DNA of 62,923 nucleotides, filler included, from Licmophora abbreviata (lineage: Eukaryota), in the NCBI GenBank assembly GCA_900291995.1. It is 11 parts of 11 records of this genome, joined end to end, with 100 filler letters (N's around TTAATTAATTAA, not from the genome) between each part and the next. Parts side by side here need not be neighbours in the genome. Positions count along the whole stretch, not along the records: positions 1 to 9,619 come from OLMU01003203.1; positions 9,720 to 19,545 come from OLMU01003205.1; 9 more parts are not named here. One strand, given 5' to 3'. Under the pieces are notes generated by a model, which was given only the letters and a program-made list of their open reading frames with translations, did no database searches and was not told where the DNA came from. The translations under genes were made by a program, and so were the position numbers. Positions 1-10,469 of this stretch are shown here, piece after piece (position 1 is the first letter of the stretch; each line of letters starts with the position of its first letter).

Positions 1-2373
1 ATCCTGTTTGATCGTTGCGACCTTTTCGCTGGCCCTCTCAACGTCGGCATTCTCTCCCAATGCCCGATATCAGTCGAGATCAAGTGCCTTCGTCTCGCCC
101 GGCAGAAGTGCAGCAACAACACCGATGGCTGCAAGGCAGCAGAGGAGCCCAAGGTCGACGGCGCGTTCCATGGTGGCGGAAGGACTGGAGGCAGATACGC
201 TTGTATCCTTGACGACTGCGGGATCAATGACTCCCGAAGGGACTGGCTTCTCCAGTCCGACCTCGCGCATCCTTCGAATGGCCAAGCGCGGCACTGGCTA
301 CTATCGAGCCAAAGGATCCGACCCTGTCATTGATGTCATGGCGGCAGTCACACAGGGACAGGAGGACGTGGCTCTTGTCTACGATGGCGATACGCTGCTT
401 GGAATTTTTACGGAATCTGATTACATCAAGGTACGTCGTTCAAGACGCCCTATGGTTGTATGGTTGTAGGCTATATACCTATGCGTATCGCTAACCGACA
501 TTTGCCTGTTTCACTCGCTTATTCTGTAACGAACCAACAGTTTTCCACCGAACGAGCCATGAAGTCGTCCAATGAAGAAGAGTCCGCGAGTTTCCTAGTA
601 CAACCGGTCTCCGATTTCGTTGCCCCTGCTGACCAGCTGATATCGCTCGCTGGCGACGACACGGCCAGTCAAGCGATTACCGTCATGAAGACGGGTGGGG
701 TCCGACATGTTCTAGTTGTGGATGCTGTTTCCGATGACAATCGTCTTTTGAAAGAAAGTAAGATCCTGGGTGTCATTAACTTGCTGGATGTCATGTCTGT
801 GGTACAGAAAGATGAGAGTCTCAGTCTCGAGAGTTTGGCGCTCAAGTACCCTGGCATCAAAGATCCGATCGTCCAGATGCAGGAGCAGCTCAAAACGAAC
901 GCTAATTTGGCGGCCAGTGATTCGGAGACAGTCAAGAAGGACCTTCTCCGCACGGGAACAGCCATTTTTAGCGCCTCCATCTTGCTTGCCTTCTTCTCTC
1001 AATCGCCGTGGCTTCATGAGCATGCCGACTGGGCCATGATTGCCATTTTCGTATTAGGGTACATTGGAATTATTTTTGAAGAGGTATTTGAATTCAACAA
1101 AGCAGCCATTGCACTTCTCATGAGTACGGGAATGTGGGTCACTTATGCGGACTACTTTAACAGTCCTGGTACTGCGACCGATACGGCAATTGAACAACTG
1201 GGAGAGCAACTTGCAGAAGTGTCTGACATCTGCTTCTTCCTTCTGGCCGCGTCGGCCATTGTCGAAGTCGTGGATGCACATCAGGGATTCAAGGTGGTGA
1301 CGAATCGGATCAGTACAACATCCAAGAAGGAGCTGTTTTGGACGATTGGCGTTCTAACATTCTTTTTGTCGGCTATTCTCAACAACTTGACCGTGACGAT
1401 TGTCATGTGCTCACTATTGCGCAAGCTAGTACCGAACGACGAAGACCGCCGCTTATTTGGTGCCATGGTAGTAGTTGCGGCGAATGCCGGAGGCGTATGG
1501 ACGCCAATTGGTGATGTCACAACCACCATGCTCTGGATTAACAACCAACTTTCGACGATCCCTACGGTGTTGGAACTCTTCCTCCCGTCGGTCGTCTGCT
1601 TAGTGGCCTCGCTTGCATTCTTGGTACAACAAGTCGACGACAGTGCTGGTTTGGAAAATGCTCTGCCTGAGCCGTCACCCCTGGCGCCCCGCGGACAGCT
1701 TGTCTTCTGGTCCGGCATCGCATCTCTGCTGGCGGTCCCAGTCTTTGCGGAACTGACAGGATTACCTCCATACTTGGCCATGCTGACAGGCCTCGGTGCG
1801 ATGTGGACGCTGACCGATATCATTCACATGGGCGAAGAAGAGGACGAAGGCCTCCGAGTCCCTGATGCCTTGGCGAAACTCGACACAGCGGGAATTCTAT
1901 TCTTCCTCGGCATTCTCATGAGCATCGGCGTGTTGGACAAGAGTGGCCTCCTCAAGCAACTTGCCGTCTACCTTAGCGAGTCACTTCCAAGTTTGGACAT
2001 TATCGCCACCGTAATTGGCCTCGCATCTGCACTAATTGACAATGTCCCGCTGGTCGCTGCCACAATGGGCATGTACGACTTATCCGAATTTGGTACTGAC
2101 GACAGGCTTTGGCAGCTCATTGCACTGTGCGCAGGCACCGGTGGTTCCATTCTTGTAATTGGCTCTGCCAGTGGCGTTGCCCTGATGGGATTGGAAAAAG
2201 TAGACTTCATTTGGTATGCGAAAAAGGCTTCGGTCGGGGCCGCAGTGGGGTACTTTGCCGGCATTGCGACCTACCTAGCACAGAATGCTGTACTGAGCGG
2301 CGGCTTACTGAATGGTTTTCTGCCACAAGCTGTCGCAGCAGTTGACGCCGTTCAGGCTTCTGGAGTCATGTAG
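1..2373 (+). CDS. nhaD: Plastid-targeted NhaD-type Na+/H+ antiporter with N-terminal CBS domain pair (5' partial; exons <2-430, 541-2373)
   Basis: NhaD/IT-superfamily motifs EEVFEFNKAAIAL, LSAILNNLTVT, AANAGGVWTPIGDVTTTMLW, SALIDNVPLVAA, AGTGGSILVIGSASGVALMG. CBS-like segments LLGIFTESDY and GVRHVLVV...ILGVINLLDV. GT-AG intron 431-540 joins YIK|FST in frame. Signal peptide ends TSA-FSP. ATG lies upstream of the window. Confidence 0.9.
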
Positions 2374-2465
2374 CTCTGTACAAAGAGTCTAAAGAGTGGT
2401 GCAGACGATTACTTCTTCTTATACACTGAGCAATCATCTTTGGTATCCGTAGTACTAGTCGATGA

Positions 2466-3629
2466 CTACAAATCCTCACTGTACACCACGTCGTATTGTG
2501 CAAGTCGCTCGTCCATGATCTCCTCTCGTCGAGATACAACCTGCGCTTTCAGGTCTGCTTTCTTGACTACATCCGTCGGCAAAGCATACACTGGATCAAT
2601 CTGTCGATACAACCGCTGCTCCTCCACATTCTTATCATGCAAGTACCCCAACAAACTCAATCCTGAAATACCAAAGAATGTGTGAAATACATCCGCCATA
2701 TCGTCCGGTCGATCGGCAATACCACCATCCACGTCATCTTGACACTTTAACACGAAGGATGCAAGCTTCTTTGTACTGATCCAATCAACACGGCCGAGTA
2801 TACTGAGCGCCGACAGAATCCACCACGAGTAACATACGTCCGCCTGTTTCTCCGGACGACCATTCAGTCCACCTGAATCGCATTGGCGTTCACAAAGCCA
2901 CCAGCACAAGAGATCTAGATCCTTGCAAGAGAGTTCACTAAGCTTGCTCAAAATGCTGAGCGCTCCGACACAACAAAAGACTTGCCCAGCATGCGACTCG
3001 CTTCCTACCACACACCCAAAGCCGCCGTCCAAGTTGCGACACGAAAGAATATAGCTAGCGGCTTTGTCAATATCAACCGCATGTAGCTGACCGAGCAGAG
3101 ACAATGTCGATACGGCACAATAGGTGAATCGAGTATCGATTTCGCCCCATTCGTCCCCTGCAAATGATCCATCCGGCTGTTGCAAGGACTGAACGAAGGC
3201 AGTAACTTTCGGTACATTGACGAGGTCCAGTCGATCTGCCATGGCCAGAATTTGAACAGCGGATAGTGTGTAGAGCAAATGCGCGTCGTGTCCGACGTTT
3301 CCGCCGAATCCTCCGACCCGGTCGTCCCAACATTGCATCACCCAATCCACCAGCGGAGGTCGATCGTCAACACTACTGCTCGTCACTCCTAGTAAGTTGT
3401 CCACCTCCTCGACATTCTGCAGAATACTGAGAGCCGCTAGACTCCAGTAGATGCCACTTATTTTTAAATGCTCCACGACGGCGCCTTCATACGAAGTACT
3501 AGCGTCCAGTTTGGAGGGCAATGTCGAAATGTACTGGACGTGTCGGGAATGACAAAAGGGTGGTTCCGATGGGAGCAAAACTATCAATTCTGATTCAGTC
3601 TCTTGGTCACATTTGCTATTCGATGACAT
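2466..3629 (-). CDS. RABGGTB: Rab geranylgeranyltransferase (type II) beta subunit
   Basis: EHLKISGIYW, GGNVGHDAHLLYTLSAVQIL, GDEWGEIDTRF, ESHAGQVFCC, GGLNGRPEKQADVCYSWW, DVFHTFFG prenyltransferase repeats. Likely ATG at 3629. Confidence 0.93.
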   Translation of the reverse strand: MSSNSKCDQETESELIVLLPSEPPFCHSRHVQYISTLPSKLDASTSYEGAVVEHLKISGIYWSLAALSILQNVEEVDNLLGVTSSSVDDRPPLVDWVMQCWDDRVGGFGGNVGHDAHLLYTLSAVQILAMADRLDLVNVPKVTAFVQSLQQPDGSFAGDEWGEIDTRFTYCAVSTLSLLGQLHAVDIDKAASYILSCRNLDGGFGCVVGSESHAGQVFCCVGALSILSKLSELSCKDLDLLCWWLCERQCDSGGLNGRPEKQADVCYSWWILSALSILGRVDWISTKKLASFVLKCQDDVDGGIADRPDDMADVFHTFFGISGLSLLGYLHDKNVEEQRLYRQIDPVYALPTDVVKKADLKAQVVSRREEIMDERLAQYDVVYSEDL

Positions 3630-3834
3630 TGCAGAGTATGGCAAGGGACGGAACAGAGTACGAGTAATCAATACGATAGAAAGAGGCGAGGTGAGTTGTG
3701 CCGGACCGTACGAGTAGTCTGTAAACTGTAAACTCAGAACCTGGATGCGCGCGAATGTATCGTCCGTCAACCGGACCTCATCGATCGCGATCGCAGTCCA
3801 CGTCACAAGGAACAAGGCGCGGGAATGTAACCAA

Positions 3835-5257
3835 ATGACGACGACGACCATGGCAGCAACGACGGCTCCTCGTCGGAGCACGACGGAGGCTTCGAGGACC
3901 GCGAGACTGGCCCCGGTGACAGCAACGGTGCTATATGGAATACTCCTGATGGCATATCACGTCCACGCAGATCGGAACGAGTCTTCACGGCACGGCGCCG
4001 ACAACACCTCGAACAGCGAAAACACAGCTGCGCTCTTCTCTATCTTCTTCGATCGCATATTGTCAGGACCCCACGCGTGGACAGGTCTAGACAAGATTCT
4101 CTTTTGGGCACTCATTATGTTAGGGTTTGAGGTACTCGATTTCATAAGCAACCATCTGGGTGTCTGGACGCATCGGTCTCTTGTTCCCGTGAGAGGCAAG
4201 CACCTCGATGAACTTTCGAGCAAGGACCTGCTCTTCGTTGGTCTCAACAAGGCCGCGACGCCGCCCTTGGTCTATTTCTTTTTGAGATACGCCTATCTGG
4301 AAGACAATATACTGTGGGAACCACATGAGCTTTCATTGGTGAGTTAGGAAGAAGTATTGAACAATGCTTGCAATGCTGATGACGACGAGGATTTTGTGGC
4401 ACCTTTCACTTGCTTGTTGACGTTCGAACGCTCACTCGGTGATAATTCTGCCGCAACGCTCGCTTCGAATTTTAAATGCAGTCGAACGTTTTGCTCCCTC
4501 TTCCAGTCTTGTTCATCGTCTTTGACTTTTTCTATACCATCATTCACTGGTTCTTGCACATCAAGGCAATTTACGGATATATTCACAAACATCACCACCA
4601 CCAAAAGGCACCAAGGTGAGATATGACAGACAGAGAGGAATGTCGAACCATACGTATTGTCTTGTCTCCATCGCTCCCCTTTCTAATATGTTTCCCAATC
4701 ACATATACAGTCGAGCAAACGTCGATGCCGTCAATGTCCATCCAATCGAATACTTTCTAGGGGAGTACGATCACTTGCTATCTCTTGTTCTGTGTTGTCA
4801 GTTTCTCCAGATACACGTTATATCAGCATTCTTCTTCATGGTGATCGGTGGTGTATTGGCTGGCTTGAATCATACTCGCTATGACTTTAGTTGGAGTCTT
4901 TTGGGAATCAAGGTGTACGACAGCAAGGCACACGATGTCCACCATCGCATCCCGCAGAGCAACTACGGACAATACACCATGTTTTGGGACGTCGTCTTTG
5001 GATCATTTCGGTAAGTAACACTGTCTGTGTCACTGCAAAAGCTTGACATTCGCTGGAGCACGTCCGTCTTGTGACTGCAACTAATTACGCACTAACTGGA
5101 GCACGTCGCATGCTTACACTGCCGACGACTGCGTCGTTGTTCATGCAGACCCTACGACCCGAACGATCGAATCAATCCGAAAGCTCAGCTGGACCCAACA
5201 ACGGGCCAGTCCTACGAGTATGCAGAGACCAGAAAGCTTGTGGCCAAGTTGGAGTGA
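3835..5257 (+). CDS. Fatty acid hydroxylase / sterol desaturase family protein (exons 3835-4338, 4482-4615, 4711-5010, 5149-5257)
   Basis: Spliced product carries His boxes HWFLH, HKHHH, NHT and HDVHH plus NYGQYTMFWD. All three GT-AG introns keep frame. TM segments present. Confidence 0.85.
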
Positions 5258-5283
5258 TTTGGCTGTATCGGTAGGTAATTTTC

Positions 5284-5329
5284 CTATAGTCGCGTTTATT
5301 ATAGAGCTATAGTCGCGTTTATTATAGAG
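5284..5329. repeat. Perfect 23-bp tandem duplication (CTATAGTCGCGTTTATTATAGAG x2)
   Basis: Read directly. Lies between the 3' ends of two convergent genes. Confidence 0.9.
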
Positions 5330-5417
5330 TACATGAGATCTCATCGTGTCCTTTCGTAAATGGAGAACTGGATCGCATCGTTCGACTTGTCGCGTGTGAC
5401 CGCCAGCCACATTCTCA

Positions 5418-6332
5418 CTACAGTCGTGCTTTCGTGGGAAGAGATCCGTAGACAGGAAGATGTTCACTGTCATCAATGTCAATTAATGGCAGAAAGGTGT
5501 AGGAGCTACCACCATCGACACACACCACCGCCCCCGTCACATAGCTTGCACCTTCACTCAACAACCACACGACGGCCGAACTCACTTCCTCCGGACTCCC
5601 CAGTCGCTTGGCAGGTAGCGAAGGCAGTATTTTTTCCATGAAGACGTCTCCCGCCGGTCCGTAGTTCTTGAATCCACTGTCAGTCCAAATGATTCCCGGT
5701 CGGACGCAATTGATTCTAACACTCGACTCGATCCATTCAGTGCAAAGCGTCGCCGTCATGTTTTCCACTCCAGCACGCGCCGCAGCGCTGTGAACCATGT
5801 TCGGCATACCATTGCGATTGCCGATAGTAATGTTGACGATGGATCCTCCGTGATCACGCATATATTGTGTGTAGGCTTCGCGACATACAATGAACGTTCC
5901 GAGCAAGTTGGTGTCGGTGACTGCGGAAAATCCTTTGCGACTCATGTCTTCTGCCGCACATACAAACTGCCCCCCAGCATTGTTGATCAGTAAATCGATT
6001 GATCCGTATGTGTCAATAATATAAGAGATGAGCAGTTCAATGTCTTGCTCGCTACGAATACTCATAGAGGGTCCTACGACGACGCGACCTGATGGCGAGA
6101 GTGATAGAATCTCTTTGTTGATCTCGTCGGCGGCCTTGCGACATTTTGCGACGTCGCGACTGGCGATAACGACAGTCGCGCCTAGCATGGTCAGCTCTCT
6201 GGAAATCGCCCGTCCTATGCCGCTTCCGCCGCCCGTGACCAACGCTACTTTGGATTGAAACAAGTCGGAACGAAACACTGTCCTGTACTGATGCCGGGAC
6301 GACTTATTCGGCGACGGAGAATCGCCTGGCAT
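5418..6332 (-). CDS. PECR: Peroxisomal trans-2-enoyl-CoA reductase-like SDR
   Basis: TGGGSGIG, NNAGGQF, HSAAARAGV, RINCVRPGII, C-terminal PTS1 -ARL. Confidence 0.88.
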   Translation of the reverse strand: MPGDSPSPNKSSRHQYRTVFRSDLFQSKVALVTGGGSGIGRAISRELTMLGATVVIASRDVAKCRKAADEINKEILSLSPSGRVVVGPSMSIRSEQDIELLISYIIDTYGSIDLLINNAGGQFVCAAEDMSRKGFSAVTDTNLLGTFIVCREAYTQYMRDHGGSIVNITIGNRNGMPNMVHSAAARAGVENMTATLCTEWIESSVRINCVRPGIIWTDSGFKNYGPAGDVFMEKILPSLPAKRLGSPEEVSSAVVWLLSEGASYVTGAVVCVDGGSSYTFLPLIDIDDSEHLPVYGSLPTKARL

Positions 6333-6952
6333 GGCGATGTCGTTTATTGTCTTCTATCCGACTAATCACGATTGAGCTTTCAGCGACAAGCGCAGCGAGA
6401 AAGAAGAGTTAAACGAGGAAGTTTGGTTTTCCGGTCATGGTTGTTGCTCTGCCCTCGTCACGTCGGCAAAGCAACGCGGGGTATGATACTTCGGCGCGCG
6501 CATACGTGTTGGCGGCAAGTTTTAGTTCGTGTACATCTCAGTACATAAATTCTACACTGAAAAAGCAAAATTGACGAGCAGGAAGAGGCTTGCGTCGCTT
6601 GTTGGCGCCCTATAATGTCGTAAATCCTTTCGTAAGCACAATCAGTTTCAAGATTTTATGATAGCGCGCGGTCTACCTTGTTAGACGTTCATCCTATGTC
6701 TAACTCGTACTGTGCTTTGAAACCATCCCACACATTAATATTTCTATCTTCTCTTTTCCCTAAGCGGACACAAAGTGTGTCCTTTTTATAGCTCAAGGCA
6801 GGCGATGTTCCCCGCCCGTATTCTTCCAGCAAAAATGGCGTCGGCACGATTTCGCTTTCATAGTTACTCTTCGGACAGTCTTTGATCTTTTCATGTCCGC
6901 TCCGAGCATTATTCGTCTTACTTCCCACACCAGGAAAGAAAAATAACAATAG

Positions 6953-9372
6953 CTAGCTGAAGCATGCGCTCTTCAGCCACGCGTCCGCCGTGACACGCAT
7001 AGCAACTTTGTCGTCCTCCGAGAAGACATCCGGTGTGGCCTCCACCGCATCTTGGATAATGTTCACGGCGAAAGTCTTGAAGTCACGTACTGCATCGTTT
7101 CTGCTCGTGGCTCTTTCCCAGCTCTGCTGGATAGACACAGCGTGGTTCTTGCGAAAGCCCCCACTGAACGTAAACGGCGGCACGGGTTCGGTCGAGCACT
7201 CGAATGGGCGGAGAGCCGCTCGATAGCGTTGAAACTCGACCGTAAGTACGTTCGATGAGCTGATCAACTCTAGCACCTTGCGACAGAGATCGCTGCCTCC
7301 ATTTGGAGCAGTAGTCATGCAGAAGATTGCAACTGCCGCTGTGGCAAGCGGTCCTTCGCCTTCGCTTTCTCCAACCGCGAAAATCTTCTGTGCCACTGCC
7401 TGTGCCACTACCGCATCCGTGATGGGAGGGGTGCTCACCAAGGTCGTAGTAGCATTGGGTCGTTCTGGCGTGCCAGTGTCCGAGACAAGTGTTGTGGTCT
7501 CCTCTGTAGAAGCTGAGGCCAGATCTTCGTCGTCGGACGCGACTGAGCTCGATGGACTAACACGACGAAAGAGCTTGCGAGGAAGTGGACCGGCGATGGT
7601 TTCATACTCGTCATCGTAGGTGAGAAGCTCGCCGGCATCCGCCTTTCCACTGGCGACATATTTGTAGGCTGAGCCAACTCCGGGTGGAGTGACGACGCCT
7701 CCTACGTCTCCGCGAAGACGAGCTAGGCCGCCAGGTTTCTTCGCCTCCCTGGCGTACTCTTCCAGCTTCCGAGCCACTTCGGAGACGACGAGGGACTGCT
7801 CAATAAGTTCGTGGCGAGGGGGCTTCTTCTGAGCTTTCTCCTTTTCCGGGACGGATTGATCGTCGCTCTTCTTCTCTTCTTCGTACCAGGCTTCAGTTGC
7901 GAGGCGCGATCTCTTCGGGTCCGCGATGCGATCTTGAACTGACTTTCGCTTCTTACTTAGGCCATCGCAGCTGTCTCCATGAGACCCATCGTCGTCAGAA
8001 CCGCTTTCAAGCGTAGCAGGGGCATTGGCGTTTCGGTTCGATCGACGGGCTCCTAGCGCAGCCCTCTCGGCTGGAGTAGGTTCGCTAGGAACGTAGCGTT
8101 GCTTACGCCCGTCAACCCCAGGGCATGTACGCCTGCGTAGCAAGTGAAGGTTTTCCGGTACGTCCCGGTGGAAGAGATGATGCTTGTAGACCCAGAAAGT
8201 ACGTTCCCGGTTCACCTTACGAAAGTTGTAGAAGTTCAACTGCCTGACTAAGGACTGGAAGCGTGAATGGCGAAAGTACTGAGGAAGAGTTTCCGATTCG
8301 AGTCGGTTCAGGTCTTCTCCGATACGGAAGGCGTCACCGGAAGGCGTCCACTGAAACAAAAGAGAAAAAGGCGGGAAAGGCAGTTTGAGTTCAGCTGACG
8401 TAAGATACAGAAACGTTCAACGTTGAATGTGGCCAACTTGCGAATCTTGAATGTTTCATAACCCGTCCTGGGAAAGTCGCCGTGGGCAAACACTAGCCTC
8501 AGATTTCCCGAAGCCAGTTCGCGAAACCATTATATAATATCCATTCACGAAAGTAATAGAAAACAAAGTTCACGTACGACAGCAACGTCGGCTACACTAG
8601 CGTGACGTCGGCAGAGGAGAACCCCATCGAAAAATCTCGAACCTCCGACGCCTTTTGAGCATCGACCATGGCGGCTCTTTAAGGACCTACGTGCTCGGAA
8701 AAGAGTGACCAAGGTGCAAACAGGGCATGCAGAGATCAGCAATCACCAATTTTCTCGAAGGACTGGTCCCAGACGAAAGTTTTGAAGGTCATGGCGAGCT
8801 ATCGAAAACTGGCGCGTTCTGAGAAAGTCCCTCTTCTTCAATGCAAAACGCATCCAATATACACCAATTTTTGGACAAATGGAAGGAGTAAAGACCTCTT
8901 TGGAACAGTCCATCGAGGAATCACTAATTCCATAAAAGAGGAGGGGTAACGGAACGATCATACCCTGAAATTCCTTGAAAATCGACATGCCTCGTCAGTG
9001 GGGGCTGCCGAAGAACAAATACGAGTCGTTGGCTCAAACTCATCATCGTCGACGCAATGACGAATAGAACGAGGACATCCCATCAGCGCGGAGAGTCGTA
9101 CGACCCCTAATTCTATCTTGTCGAATACAAAAAGCTCGAGAACGAGCTCTTGGGTCAAATGAAGTGCGGCGGGACATCGGCAGACATCGGAGGAGCGCTT
9201 CCTCCGATGAAAATGCTACGAAAGAGTCACTTACCGAAATGACATCATCTGGAGCACCATTCACCATCTGAAAGAGTTTGAGAATGAATCCAGATGGAAC
9301 AGGACCATCGATGGCTCCTGTGGTGATGGAATCTTGGGTAAGAGAAGCGTTCATAGTCGATGAGGCAGCCAT
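6953..9372 (-). CDS. Heat shock transcription factor (exon 1 9372-9235, exon 2 8350-6953; 884-nt intron)
   Basis: HSF DBD: FILKLFQMV...DVIS|WTPSGDAF...LPQYFRHSRFQSLVRQLNFYNFRK...HHLFHRD...LHLLRRR. GTAAGT donor and TTTCAG acceptor, phase 0. Confidence 0.92.
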
Positions 9373-9619
9373 CGCATTGTTTGTTCTGTGAATGCGTGCA
9401 TTCGATTGTGGGCTTCCATTCCAAGCTTCCGGGCGATTTGCTTCCGAGAATCTTTCGAATTGAGCGGTCGGGGTCGGCCGGCTCCGGGCGCGCCAAAAAT
9501 GTAGATGACCAAAGGGTATCGCAAGTAGAAATATCTCGTAGAATTTACGTGTGTATATATTGATCTTCATCACGAATATACCATAGAGCTATTGTTTACT
9601 GCTTACCGCTGTACTCATA

Positions 9620-9719
9620 NNNNNNNNNNNNNNNNNNNNNNNNNNNNNNNNNNNNNNNNNNNNTTAATTAATTAANNNNNNNNNNNNNNNNNNNNNNNNN
9701 NNNNNNNNNNNNNNNNNNN
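9620..9719. other. Artificial contig spacer (44N-TTAATTAATTAA-44N); the same spacer occurs at 19546, 21003, 23774, 26340, 34074, 36908, 38833, 44671 and 58811
   Basis: Ten identical 100-nt N blocks with a palindromic six-frame stop linker. Confidence 0.97.
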
Positions 9720-10469
9720 CCCATAAACTGAGAGTCGTGGCTGCGACGAAAACTGATTGAGCCATTCTCTGGATGTGAAGATGGAGCGTATTACCGATCA
9801 GTCTGTCTAACAACTTACAAGAACTCCAGCCAGCTCGAGCAAAATATACTTTTGCTTCCCTTTTTAGAGGGCCCCAACGAAGCACACCCCTGCCTACGCT
9901 GTGGCATGGCATATTTAGCCAAGAAGTGGAGAGTCAAGCAGATGCCACTCCGCTGGTCTATCTCTCATCGGTTCTTTCCGTCTGGTACCGGTCGGTATGA
10001 TACCTTGAAACTTGGAAGCGGGATGAGTGTCGGAGACTGGAAAATGGCGCGCGCCTTGCTGCCACCGGAAGAGAACGTTGAAATGATGTATCTACGGGAG
10101 TTAAGCTTAACAATCACTTTTGAATCGTATCCTGATATATTTACTTTAAGAAGGCTTCTCCAATCAAGACTAGGCAGTCGTGGGTCTGCTTGCATAATAG
10201 TAAATATTTTCTATTCACCTCTTCAATTATTTATCGGTATGAAAGCCTTTCGTCATGGATTAAGTGATATACTTTAGACATGACCAGTGGGGTCCCGGTA
10301 CACTCCCCTCCGAGCGGGCAGGCGGCAGGATCAACAAAAATATTGCAAGCACAACAAGAAACACAAACACAGCAGTCGACTTCACTTCGCCCTCTTTGCG
10401 AGAGTGTGGCTGTCCGATCCATTGAACTAGGCGAGTTGTCTGTGGAACGGGAGAAGAAACAGAGGCACA

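Noticed and set aside
9664..9675. TTAATTAATTAA palindrome recurring ten times
   Set aside because: Always centred in N runs, so it is an artificial six-frame-stop linker and not a biological repeat or CRISPR array.
9720..10460. Short ORFs between HSF and the large scaffold gene
   Set aside because: No motifs or coding-like composition; probably promoter or intergenic DNA.
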